Origin: Candidatus Gastranaerophilales bacterium
Lineage (GTDB): Bacteria; Cyanobacteriota; Vampirovibrionia; Gastranaerophilales; JAILCC01
Assembly (NCBI GenBank): GCA_045598245.1
Contig: JAZLLQ010000029.1
Location: 50,128-114,127 of the forward strand
Length of the DNA stretch: 64,000 nt
Reading direction: 5' to 3'
The translations under genes were made by a program, and so were the position numbers. Below are positions 9,726 to 18,801 of the stretch, piece after piece (position 1 is the stretch's first letter; each line of letters begins with the position of its first letter). The notes under the pieces were generated by a model. That model was not told where the DNA came from and made no database searches. It was given only the letters and a program-made list of their open reading frames with translations.

Positions 9726-10818
9726 AATTGTATTGACCGGTGGTGGTACCGGTGGTCATATATATCCTGCTGTTGCAATAGGAAGAGAACTTTTAACAAG
9801 AGATAATGTCGAAAAAATTTATTATGTAGGTAATCCTAAAAAACTTGAGAAAGATATTGTTGAAAAAGAAAATTTTGAATTTTTACCCGTAATTGTTTCA
9901 GGTATGCCTAAAACTAAGAGTTTAGGGCTTATAAAATGGCTTTTTGAACTTGGTTTTGCGGTTTTAAAATGCCTGAAATATTTTAATAAAATAAACCCAG
10001 ACTGTGTTATGGGAACAGGCGGTTACGTCAGCGGTCCTGCTCTTATTGCAGCTAAAATAATGAATATTCCTTATATGCTGCATGACAGTGACGCAATTCC
10101 CGGTATAGTATCGAGAAAAATGTCACCTTGGGCAAAAGCAGTTAATACATCGTTTGATGAGGCAAAAAAATATTTGAAATCAAAGAATATTCAGCTTAAC
10201 GGAAATCCGTTAAGGAATGATTTTAATACATTAGATAAAAATGAATGTTTAAATGAACTTGGTTTAATTTCCGATAAATTTACAATTTTAGTTATGGGTG
10301 GTTCTCAGGGCGCAAAATCAATTAATGAGGCTATTTCTCATTGCGCTTTAGAGTTAATTGAAAATTTGAATGTTCAGATTATTCACCAAACAGGTACAAA
10401 AAATTATGAAAGTTATATGGATAGTATTGATGCAGAATTAAGAAATAATCAATCTTATCTGCCAAAAGCATATCTTGAAAATATGGGTTTATACCTTTCT
10501 TGTGCTGATTTGGTTATAGCAAGAGCAGGTTCTCTTTCATTATCGGAATTTAATTTATGCGAGCTTCCTTCAATTTTAATTCCTTATCCTTATGCCGCAA
10601 ATAACCATCAATATCATAATGCAAAGGCTTTGGAAGAATTGAATGCATCTGTTTGTCTTGAAGATAACATGTGTGATGGGGATAATTTGGTTGAAATTAT
10701 TACCAATTTAGTCAATGATAAAGATAAATTAAAAGTGATGAAAGAGGCTAATAAAAAATTAGCAAAACCTGATGCAACGCAAAAAATTGCGGATATGTTG
10801 GTTTCCATCGGTGAATAA
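9694..10818 (+). CDS. murG: UDP-N-acetylglucosamine--N-acetylmuramyl-(pentapeptide) pyrophosphoryl-undecaprenol GlcNAc transferase
   Basis: LTGGGTGGHIYPA N-terminal motif and GT28 C-terminal domain. dcw context. Confidence 0.92.
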   Translation: MSKSNNNRKLKIVLTGGGTGGHIYPAVAIGRELLTRDNVEKIYYVGNPKKLEKDIVEKENFEFLPVIVSGMPKTKSLGLIKWLFELGFAVLKCLKYFNKINPDCVMGTGGYVSGPALIAAKIMNIPYMLHDSDAIPGIVSRKMSPWAKAVNTSFDEAKKYLKSKNIQLNGNPLRNDFNTLDKNECLNELGLISDKFTILVMGGSQGAKSINEAISHCALELIENLNVQIIHQTGTKNYESYMDSIDAELRNNQSYLPKAYLENMGLYLSCADLVIARAGSLSLSEFNLCELPSILIPYPYAANNHQYHNAKALEELNASVCLEDNMCDGDNLVEIITNLVNDKDKLKVMKEANKKLAKPDATQKIADMLVSIGE

Positions 10819-10820
10819 GT

Positions 10821-11240
10821 TTAGTTAAACCCCCAACCTTGGTAGCTGTTTTCGGTTCGCCACCATTTTGGTGTTTCTTTTTGTTGTGTCCAGGGTTTAT
10901 GTCGTTGTTCAAGTTGTTCGTTTTGTTGATTATTTCTTTGTTTAACCTGTTCGGATTCGTACATACGACTGTTTTGATATAAGCCGTTACCTCTTTGTGT
11001 ACTTCTTTCATTATCATAATATCTGTCATACATATTATTTCTGTGAACACTTTGGAATGCAGACGGTAACGTTTCGTTGTATTCTAAAAACTCATTGGTT
11101 AATCTCGGGATATTCATTTTCATTTGTTGAGTTGCAAGCGGTGCCGACTGAAATGAACTGTTGGATAAACTCGATGAAAATGCTTCTTTGCCAAATGATA
11201 AAAGTAATATTGACATCGCTAAAATAAATATTTTTTTCAT
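10821..11240 (-). CDS. small secreted Q/N/R/Y-rich protein of unknown function
   Basis: Clear signal peptide MKKIFILAMSILLLSFG followed by low-complexity polar sequence. No recognisable domain. Confidence 0.5.
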   Translation of the reverse strand: MKKIFILAMSILLLSFGKEAFSSSLSNSSFQSAPLATQQMKMNIPRLTNEFLEYNETLPSAFQSVHRNNMYDRYYDNERSTQRGNGLYQNSRMYESEQVKQRNNQQNEQLEQRHKPWTQQKETPKWWRTENSYQGWGFN

Positions 11241-11415
11241 ATAAAATACCTTTTTCTTAACATGTATAATCTTATGATTATTTTTTTTAAAATCTATTGT
11301 TAAGTTGTTTTAGGTCGGTTGATTTATTTATATAAAATTTCTTAATTTATTAGACACAAGAGCATATTAGTGATAGATTAGTGTTAGAAAAAATTATATA
11401 TTGGAGAGTATAAAA

Positions 11416-12618
11416 ATGAAGAGATTATTGGTAATATCATTGGCAATAATTATGACAATAGGATTTGCAGGGTGTGGTAAAAAAAACAGAGGTGTAGCTC
11501 CTGCAATTGTTAATACAAAAGAGATACAGCAGGAAAAAATTGTTGAAACAATAGATTCTACAGGCAGAATTATTGCCGAATATTATGTAGATGTTGTTGC
11601 AAGAGTTGATGGCTATTTGCAAAAGAAATTTTTTCACGAAGGTTCTCTTGTAAAGAAAGGTGATTTGTTATTTCAAATAGAACCTTATACCTATGCTGCA
11701 AGAGTTAACGAGGCTGCCGCAAATTTAAGAAATGCTCAGGCTGCATATCGTGATTCATCAAAGAATTTAACAAGAGCAGAGCAACTTGTAAAAGATGATT
11801 ATATAAGTAAGGCTGATTATGATAACAAACTTGCTTTAAGAGATAAAGACAGAGCTGCGGTTGATTCTGCAAGCGCTGCTTTAACTCAAGCACAAATCAA
11901 TTTGGGGTACACAAAAATTCATTCTCCGATTTCAGGCAAAATCGGTAAAATTATTATTACAGAGGGTAATTATGTTACTCCAAGCAGTGGAACGCTCGCT
12001 ACTATTGTTAGTTTAGACCCGATACAGGTTGACTTTTCCTTAAAAAGCCGCAGTTATTTAATGCTAAAAAAAGAATCAAAAACAGAAGATTTATCTGATA
12101 TAAGTGTTGAAATTACTTTAGCTGACGATACTGTATATAGTCAAAAAGGTAAAATAATGTTTATCGACAATACTGTTGATTTAACTTCCGGTTCAGTTAC
12201 GGTAAGAGCTATTTTTGATAACAAAGAAAGTCTTTTGGTTCCCGGTGACTATGTTGCGGTAAAAATTACTTTGGATACTCCAAAAGACGTTATATTGGTT
12301 CCTCAAGAAGCAGTTTTGGAAAGTGCTGACGGAAAATACGTTTATGTAATTGATAAAAATAAAGTTGCATCAAAAAGAAGTATTGAAGTCGGTGAGGCTT
12401 ATAGAGGTGACTGGATTGTAGCAAGCGGACTTGAAATAGGTGATGTAGTTGCCACAACAGGTTTGCAACACATTATTGAAGGTCAAAAAATTATATTCGC
12501 GGAAGAATTAAAAGCACAAAAAGCTGCTAAAGCTGATATAAAAAATGTTGGCAAACCTTCTTTCTTTACGAAGGTTGTAAGAAAAATCAAAAGAAAAATA
12601 AAAGGGATTATGGGGTAG
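11416..12618 (+). CDS. RND efflux periplasmic adaptor (membrane fusion protein, AcrA/MexA family) lipoprotein
   Basis: Lipobox IGFAGC and HlyD_D23/biotinyl-lipoyl-like motifs. RBS GGAGAG before the ATG at 11416. Upstream of the RND pump. Confidence 0.88.
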   Translation: MKRLLVISLAIIMTIGFAGCGKKNRGVAPAIVNTKEIQQEKIVETIDSTGRIIAEYYVDVVARVDGYLQKKFFHEGSLVKKGDLLFQIEPYTYAARVNEAAANLRNAQAAYRDSSKNLTRAEQLVKDDYISKADYDNKLALRDKDRAAVDSASAALTQAQINLGYTKIHSPISGKIGKIIITEGNYVTPSSGTLATIVSLDPIQVDFSLKSRSYLMLKKESKTEDLSDISVEITLADDTVYSQKGKIMFIDNTVDLTSGSVTVRAIFDNKESLLVPGDYVAVKITLDTPKDVILVPQEAVLESADGKYVYVIDKNKVASKRSIEVGEAYRGDWIVASGLEIGDVVATTGLQHIIEGQKIIFAEELKAQKAAKADIKNVGKPSFFTKVVRKIKRKIKGIMG

Positions 12619-12624
12619 ATAATA

Positions 12625-15600
12625 ATGAACAGTGATTTTTTTATTAACAGACCTCGTTTTGCGATAGTTCTTTCGGTTTTAATTACTCTTTTGGGTTTGT
12701 TATCATTAACTTATTTGAAGTTGGAAAAATATCCTCAGGTTACACCGCCACAAGTTTCTGTTCAGGCGACATACCCGGGGGCAAGTGCCGATGTTGTCGA
12801 GTCTACAGTTGCAACAGTACTTGAACAGCAGGTAAACGGTGTTGAAAATATGTCTTACATGTTATCAACAAGTATGGATGGTTCATATAATTTAAAAATA
12901 TATTTTAAAGTTGGTACTGATAAAGATATGGCTTTGGTCAATGTTCAAAACCGTATCCAACAGGTAACATCAAGGTTACCGGAAGAAGTTATAAAACAAG
13001 GACTTGTTGCAAAGAGCAGTACGGCAGGTTCAGGTGCTATTATCGGAAGTTTATCTTCTCCTGATAATACTTTTACACCGCTCTATTTAAGTAATTATGC
13101 TTCAATATACATTAAAGACGAGCTTTTACGTGTCCCCGGTGTCAGTGAAGTTAATATATTTGGTGCCGGTGATTACGGTATGCGTATTTGGATGAATCCG
13201 AATAAAATGTCGAGCTTAGGGGTTTCTACCGCTGATATTGCAGCTGCAATACAAGGTCAGAATTTGCAGGTTCCGGCAGGTTCTTTGGGTGTTGAACCTA
13301 TGTCAGACCCTCAAAAGATGCAGTTTACATTAAGAACAAAAGGCAGATTAACTACTCCGGAGCAATTTGAAAATATTGTTATTCATTCTAATCAGAACGG
13401 TTCAAATATCAAAATTAAGGATGTTGCAAGAGTTGAACTCGGTTCTCAGAATTACACGAGAGATGGTCGTTTAGACGGTGCACCTAACGCAATGATACAA
13501 ATTATTCCTTTGCCGGATGCTAACATAATTGAAGTTGCTGATGGTTGCAGAGAATTGATGGAGCAATTGAATAAAGATTTACCTGAAGGTATGCTGTTAC
13601 AAGTTGTTCACGATGAAACTGAATATATTAAAGAATCTATGTCTGAGGTTGTTAAAACCATTTTTGAAGCAACTTTGATTGTCATATTTTTAACATACTT
13701 ATTCTTGGGAACATTTAGAGCTACTATTATCCCTATTATTGCAATTCCGATTTCTTTAATAGGTTCGTTAGCTATATTGCCTGCGTTGGGTATGTCAATT
13801 AATACCCTAATTCTGTTTGCAATGGTACTGGCGGTCGGAACGGTTGTAGATGATGCTATTGTTGTAATCGAAAATATCGAAAGGCATATTTCGGAAGGTA
13901 TGGATAAAAAACAAGCTGCCATTGTTTCTATGAGAGAAGTCGGCGGTGCTTTAATTGCAATTGCAATGGTTTTGATGGCAGTATTTGTTCCTATCGGTTT
14001 TATTCCCGGGTTAAGCGGTATGATGTACAAACAATTTTCGGTATGTATTGCCACATCGGTTGCAATTTCAGCAATTGTTGCCTTAACGCTTTCTCCTGCA
14101 ATGAGTGCGGTGATTTTAAAAGAAGATGTTGTTAAAAATAAATACATTTTATGGTTTGAAAAAACCTTTAGAGATATAACAGCTTTTTATATGAGAATGA
14201 CAAAAAAATTTGTTTATAATTCAAAACTTACTATAACAATATTTTTATGTATAACTGTTGCAACGGTATTTTTATTGAAATACATACCGAAAGGATTTTT
14301 GCCTAATGAGGACCAAAGTGTCATATTGGCTCAGATAAATCTTCCTGATGGTGCTTCATTTGCCCGTACAACCGATGTTGTTAAGAAGATGGAAAGTATG
14401 TTGTTGAATGATAAATATATGAATAAACTTATATTTTTCTTGGGCTTTAACGGTTCAAATACTGCATTTGCGGTTCTTGACTTAAAATCTTATGATGAAC
14501 GTCCTATGCCCGGAGCATTTAAAAAATGGTTATGGGGAATATTCGGACAGAAGCCGGAAGATGCAAGCTCGGATGCTTTGGTTGCAAAATATAATCAAAT
14601 GTTCTATACGCTAATTCCGGAGGCACAGATTTATACAATGATTCCTCCGCCGATTCAGGGTTTGAGTATGATGGGTGGTTTCGAGTTCCAAATGTTGAAT
14701 AAGGGTGAAAATACCCCTCAGCAACTTGCTGATTTAGCTAAAAAACTTGCTGTTGCAGCTAATCAGGATGAAAGATTAACTCAGGTATTTACTTCATATC
14801 AAGCTAATTTACCGCAATTTATTGTTGAAGTTGATGAGCAAAAAGCAATGGCGCAAAATGTAACATTATCAAGTTTATATTCTGCTTTGGCTGCACAATT
14901 CGGCAGTTCTTATATCAATGACTTCAACTTGTATGACAGAGTTTTCAGAGTTTATATTCAGGCAGAGGATGAATTCAGAAAAAATCCTCAAAGTTTGAAG
15001 GATATATATGTAAAAAGTAATGATGGCAGAATGGTTCCTATTCAAACTATGGTAAGGCTTATTCCTACTGTCGGAACACCTGCTATTTACAGATTTAATT
15101 TGTATCGTTCTGTTCAATTCCAAGGTAAAAATACTGAACGCTACAGTACAGGTCAGGCTATGGATGCTATGGTTGAAGTTTTGGAAAAAACTTTACCGAA
15201 GGATATCGGTTATGCTTGGTCAGGTCAGTCGTTGCAGGAAAAAGAATCTGCGGGTATGACAAATATAGTTATCGGCTTGGCATTATTATTTGTTTATTTG
15301 TTCTTGGTTGCATTATATGAAAGCTGGACAATTCCGATAGCGGTTATATTAATTGCTCCGGTTGCGGCATTTGGTGCTTTAGGCTTACAAATGTTACTTG
15401 GACAGGCATTTAATATTTATTCTCAAATCGGTATGATTATGTTAATCGGTCTTGCTACAAAACAAGCTATTTTGATTGTTGAGTTTGCAAAAGATTATCA
15501 TGAAAAAGAAGGTTACAGTCTTTATTATGCTGCCATGAAAGCTGCGAGTCTGAGATTTAGAGCGGTAATTATGACTTCTGTTGCGTTTATTTTAGGTATT

Positions 15601-15792
15601 GTACCTTTGTTGTTTGCAACGGGTGCAGGTGCTGAAAGTCGTTATTCAGTTGGTGTTACAGTATTCGGCGGTATGACTTTGGCTTGTCTGTTCGGTACTT
15701 TGTTGGTTCCGTCATTCTATGTAATTATTCAGTCTATTACAGATAAATTCTCAATGAAGAAAAATACATCACAAAACGAGGTAGAAAAATGA
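12625..15792 (+). CDS. RND multidrug efflux transporter, AcrB/HAE1 family
   Basis: 1055 aa with 12-TM topology, FFINRPRFA N-terminus and conserved TM4 DDAIVVIEN. Confidence 0.93.
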   Translation: MNSDFFINRPRFAIVLSVLITLLGLLSLTYLKLEKYPQVTPPQVSVQATYPGASADVVESTVATVLEQQVNGVENMSYMLSTSMDGSYNLKIYFKVGTDKDMALVNVQNRIQQVTSRLPEEVIKQGLVAKSSTAGSGAIIGSLSSPDNTFTPLYLSNYASIYIKDELLRVPGVSEVNIFGAGDYGMRIWMNPNKMSSLGVSTADIAAAIQGQNLQVPAGSLGVEPMSDPQKMQFTLRTKGRLTTPEQFENIVIHSNQNGSNIKIKDVARVELGSQNYTRDGRLDGAPNAMIQIIPLPDANIIEVADGCRELMEQLNKDLPEGMLLQVVHDETEYIKESMSEVVKTIFEATLIVIFLTYLFLGTFRATIIPIIAIPISLIGSLAILPALGMSINTLILFAMVLAVGTVVDDAIVVIENIERHISEGMDKKQAAIVSMREVGGALIAIAMVLMAVFVPIGFIPGLSGMMYKQFSVCIATSVAISAIVALTLSPAMSAVILKEDVVKNKYILWFEKTFRDITAFYMRMTKKFVYNSKLTITIFLCITVATVFLLKYIPKGFLPNEDQSVILAQINLPDGASFARTTDVVKKMESMLLNDKYMNKLIFFLGFNGSNTAFAVLDLKSYDERPMPGAFKKWLWGIFGQKPEDASSDALVAKYNQMFYTLIPEAQIYTMIPPPIQGLSMMGGFEFQMLNKGENTPQQLADLAKKLAVAANQDERLTQVFTSYQANLPQFIVEVDEQKAMAQNVTLSSLYSALAAQFGSSYINDFNLYDRVFRVYIQAEDEFRKNPQSLKDIYVKSNDGRMVPIQTMVRLIPTVGTPAIYRFNLYRSVQFQGKNTERYSTGQAMDAMVEVLEKTLPKDIGYAWSGQSLQEKESAGMTNIVIGLALLFVYLFLVALYESWTIPIAVILIAPVAAFGALGLQMLLGQAFNIYSQIGMIMLIGLATKQAILIVEFAKDYHEKEGYSLYYAAMKAASLRFRAVIMTSVAFILGIVPLLFATGAGAESRYSVGVTVFGGMTLACLFGTLLVPSFYVIIQSITDKFSMKKNTSQNEVEK

Positions 15793-17498
15793 GAAAAGAA
15801 TTGATTTCTTATATATTGATTTTGTCGTTATTTGCAGGGAGTGGTGTGGTATTTGCAAATGTCGATGTTGAAAATGTTCAAGCTGATACTACAGTAACAA
15901 CTTCGGAAACTCCTGATATCGTAAATAATGTGAAAAGAGAAAAAAAGAATATTTTTAGTTTTTTTAAAAATCGCATTAAAAAAGCAGAGGACACAAAATC
16001 TGTCAGTAATGAAGTTATTTTGGAGCAACAACCTTCGGATACCGCTGTTGAAATGTTGAAACAAGAAGATGCTGACGAAATTTCTGATGTTAAAAAGCAG
16101 GCTGTTGAAGATGCCAATTATTCTTTATTTGGAGAAAAATACAACTTAAACCAAACAAGCCAAGAAGAAAACCCTGATTTAGTTGAAGGGACAATTAAAG
16201 AAGAAGTGTCATCCGATGAAGTCAAAACCGTTGAAGGTTATATCCATGAAACTTTGATTTTGTCACTTGATGACTGTGTAAAAAAAGCGTTAGAGAATAA
16301 TCCTCAAATACGTTCTGCATTTAGCAGTTCTGAAGTATATAAAACTAAAATAGGTCAGGCTTGGTCAAATTATTTCCCCACATTTAACCTTACCAGCGGT
16401 TATACGAGAAATCGTTATTTTACGGTAAACTTTGCAGTTCCGCAAAGAATGTACAATTTGTATAATGCTATGAATTTAACCGGTTCTCAATTGCTTTTTG
16501 ATTTTGGAAAAACAAAGGCAATTGCTGATGTTGCAAAATCAACTTATGAATCAACTATTGCAAATTTGGATGAAACTGTTAATACTGTTGTTTACGATGT
16601 TAAGGAGGCTTATTTTGCACTTCTGCATGCGTTGGAAAAACAAAATGTTTATGAGGATTCGGTTAAAAATTACGAGTTACAACTCCAACGTGCAGAGGCT
16701 TTTTATGAAATAGGTACTAAGCCAAAAATTGATGTTACAATTGCACAATACAATTTGGGAAATGCTCAGTTAGGTCTAATCAAAGCAATTAATGAGGTTG
16801 GTCTTGCTACAGCAAGGTTAAATAATGCAATGGGACTTCCTGCAGAAGGTGACTACAAAATTTTAGATAAATTAGAAATGAAAGAATATAACTGTGATTT
16901 TGATGATATTCTTGAAAAGGCTTATCAGTCACGACCCGAACTTATTTCTTACAAGAAAAAAGCTCAGGCATCAGAACTTTTGGTTCGTTCATCAAAGCGT
17001 GCATTTCTTCCCGATATTGAAGCTGTAGGTAATTTGCAAGTCGGTGGCGGTACAAAATTCAATGATGATTACGGTTGGACTGTTGGTGCGCAATTTGTTT
17101 ACGGAAATACAAATTTAATGTTATTGAAAAAGCAAATTGACGAAGCTAAAGCCACACATCAAAAAGATTTAGCTGATTTGGAAACAGTAGAGCAAAGAAT
17201 ATATTTAGAGGTAAAACAGGCTTATATCGCACTTAAAAATGCTACTGAGAGTATTCCTGTCACAGCTCTTTCTTTAAAGCATGCCAAAGAGCAATATGAT
17301 TTAGCGAGCGGAAGATACAGAACAGGAGTTGGTGATGCTATTGAGCTGAAAGACTCTGAAATAACTTATCGTAATGCAAGACTTGATTATTTAGCTGCTT
17401 TGTTGCAATATAATATCAGTGTGGCAGATTTGGAACGCGTAGTTGGTTTCAAACTACAGGAAAAAACTAAGGAAAACAGTAACGAGATACAACAATAA
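15789..17498 (+). CDS. TolC-family outer-membrane efflux protein with ~150-aa acidic N-terminal extension
   Basis: Signal peptide. The two OEP repeats begin near LSLDDCVKKALENNPQIR. ATGA overlap with the RND pump gene. Confidence 0.85.
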   Translation: MRKELISYILILSLFAGSGVVFANVDVENVQADTTVTTSETPDIVNNVKREKKNIFSFFKNRIKKAEDTKSVSNEVILEQQPSDTAVEMLKQEDADEISDVKKQAVEDANYSLFGEKYNLNQTSQEENPDLVEGTIKEEVSSDEVKTVEGYIHETLILSLDDCVKKALENNPQIRSAFSSSEVYKTKIGQAWSNYFPTFNLTSGYTRNRYFTVNFAVPQRMYNLYNAMNLTGSQLLFDFGKTKAIADVAKSTYESTIANLDETVNTVVYDVKEAYFALLHALEKQNVYEDSVKNYELQLQRAEAFYEIGTKPKIDVTIAQYNLGNAQLGLIKAINEVGLATARLNNAMGLPAEGDYKILDKLEMKEYNCDFDDILEKAYQSRPELISYKKKAQASELLVRSSKRAFLPDIEAVGNLQVGGGTKFNDDYGWTVGAQFVYGNTNLMLLKKQIDEAKATHQKDLADLETVEQRIYLEVKQAYIALKNATESIPVTALSLKHAKEQYDLASGRYRTGVGDAIELKDSEITYRNARLDYLAALLQYNISVADLERVVGFKLQEKTKENSNEIQQ

Positions 17499-17674
17499 TG
17501 AACTTATCATCAATAATAAAGAAATACAAAAAATTTGATTTTTCATTGTTTAGTTTGCATAAATCATACAAATACAGTACATCGGTGCAGATTTCTTCTG
17601 ATGTAAATGAAGTTTTAAGTAATTCTAAAAAAATTGAATACAAGGCAGAAAAAGAATTAGAAAGTGTACACTAA
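17498..17674 (+). CDS. possible 58-aa small ORF translationally coupled to the TolC-like gene
   Basis: ATG overlaps the TolC stop (TAATG). Below the ORF-track length cutoff and has no detectable domain. Confidence 0.2.
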   Translation: MNLSSIIKKYKKFDFSLFSLHKSYKYSTSVQISSDVNEVLSNSKKIEYKAEKELESVH

Positions 17675-17686
17675 AAACCCCTTAGT

Positions 17687-17782
17687 GAACATTGGTTTTG
17701 ATACCTGCTTTATGTAGCAGGTGGGTGCCGCCCCGAACAAAATCCGTTTCCTGCTAAATAATGCAGGTATACTTCATTGTTC
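17687..17782. repeat. 96-bp imperfect inverted repeat with a GC-rich core; each arm carries a CCTGC-N8-GCAGG hairpin
   Basis: Left arm GAACATTGGTTTTGATACCTGCTTTATGTAGCAGG, right arm CCTGCTAAATAATGCAGGTATACTTCATTGTTC, core GTGGGTGCCGCCCCGAACAAAATCCGTTT. Read directly from the sequence. Confidence 0.6.
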
Positions 17783-17932
17783 TTAAGATCATGCTCCCTT
17801 TATCAAAAAATGTAGGATCAAAACAAAATATCCACCAAAGGGTAATATCATTATCGCATATTTTTTTAGATTTTCAAATTGTTTTTATGGATATAATTAT
17901 AAAAAAATAATCAATTAAAGAGAGTACTAATT

Positions 17933-17960
17933 TTGCAAGAGGTAAAGTTCATGGTATAAT
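17933..17960 (+). promoter_or_regulatory. sigma70 promoter (extended -10) of the mla-lpxK operon
   Basis: TTGCAA (17933-17938), 16-nt spacer, TGGTATAAT with TATAAT at 17955-17960. Confidence 0.5.
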
Positions 17961-17981
17961 TGAGCAAGAAAGAGAACTTTT

Positions 17982-18794
17982 ATGCAATTTACCGAAATAG
18001 AGAAAATAATAAAAAGTACTATAATTTTTAAAATTTTTGCAAGCACTTATTATACTTTTAAAAGTGCCATGGAAACAGTAGGACATATAGGTTTTAATTT
18101 AAGAGATATATTTTTTCTTTTAATTAAAGGTAAAATCAGTATAAAAAAAATAATAGCTGAAGCCTCAAGAATTGGTGTAGAATCTTTACCGTTGGTAATG
18201 ATGATTTCTTGGCTTGCGGGTATGATTATTTCACTACAACTTGCAACGGAAATGGTAAAGCAAGGTGGTGGAAACTTTGTCGGAGCATTTGTTGCTATCG
18301 TTATGTTGAAAGAATTGGGTCCGATTATGGCTGCTTTTGCGGTTGTGTTTATGGAGGGTTCATCAATTGCAGCTGAAATAGCCTCTATGAAAGTAACCGA
18401 GCAGGTTGATGCAATGAAAACCTTAAATGTCAATGCTATTCAATATTTAATTGCACCAAAAGTTGTTGCCGCAATGATAATTGTGCCAATGTCAGTTGTA
18501 ATTGCTTCTACCGTAGGTATTTTAGGCGGATTATTTACAAGCGTTGCGAATACGGAATTAACTGCTGTCGGGTACTTGGAATCAGTTCGGACGGGATTAT
18601 TTATAAAAGATATGTGTGCCGCTCTTGTCAAAGGGGCTGTTTTTGGTGGTATAATTGCAGTAGTCAGTGCCACCATAGGTTATGAAACTCAAGGCGGTGC
18701 ATTGGATGTTGGTAAATCAACGACAAAAGCGGTTGTTTGGTCGATTACAATTGCAGCAATTTTTGATTATATAATATCAGCAATATTTATATAG
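17982..18794 (+). CDS. mlaE: MlaE/TGD1-family ABC permease (lipid transport)
   Basis: MlaE-type membrane protein (ELGPIMAAF, VDAMK motifs), followed by MlaF- and MlaD-like genes. Confidence 0.85.
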   Translation: MQFTEIEKIIKSTIIFKIFASTYYTFKSAMETVGHIGFNLRDIFFLLIKGKISIKKIIAEASRIGVESLPLVMMISWLAGMIISLQLATEMVKQGGGNFVGAFVAIVMLKELGPIMAAFAVVFMEGSSIAAEIASMKVTEQVDAMKTLNVNAIQYLIAPKVVAAMIIVPMSVVIASTVGILGGLFTSVANTELTAVGYLESVRTGLFIKDMCAALVKGAVFGGIIAVVSATIGYETQGGALDVGKSTTKAVVWSITIAAIFDYIISAIFI

Positions 18795-18801
18795 GTTTGT
18801 T

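Noticed and set aside
13608-14147. 179-aa antisense ORF inside the RND pump gene
   Set aside because: This is the typical shadow ORF opposite a long hydrophobic CDS in AT-rich DNA. It has no RBS and lies wholly inside a highly conserved AcrB-family gene.
18050-18676. Antisense ORFs (127 aa and 78 aa) inside mlaE
   Set aside because: Shadow ORFs opposite a conserved membrane-protein gene, with no independent signals.
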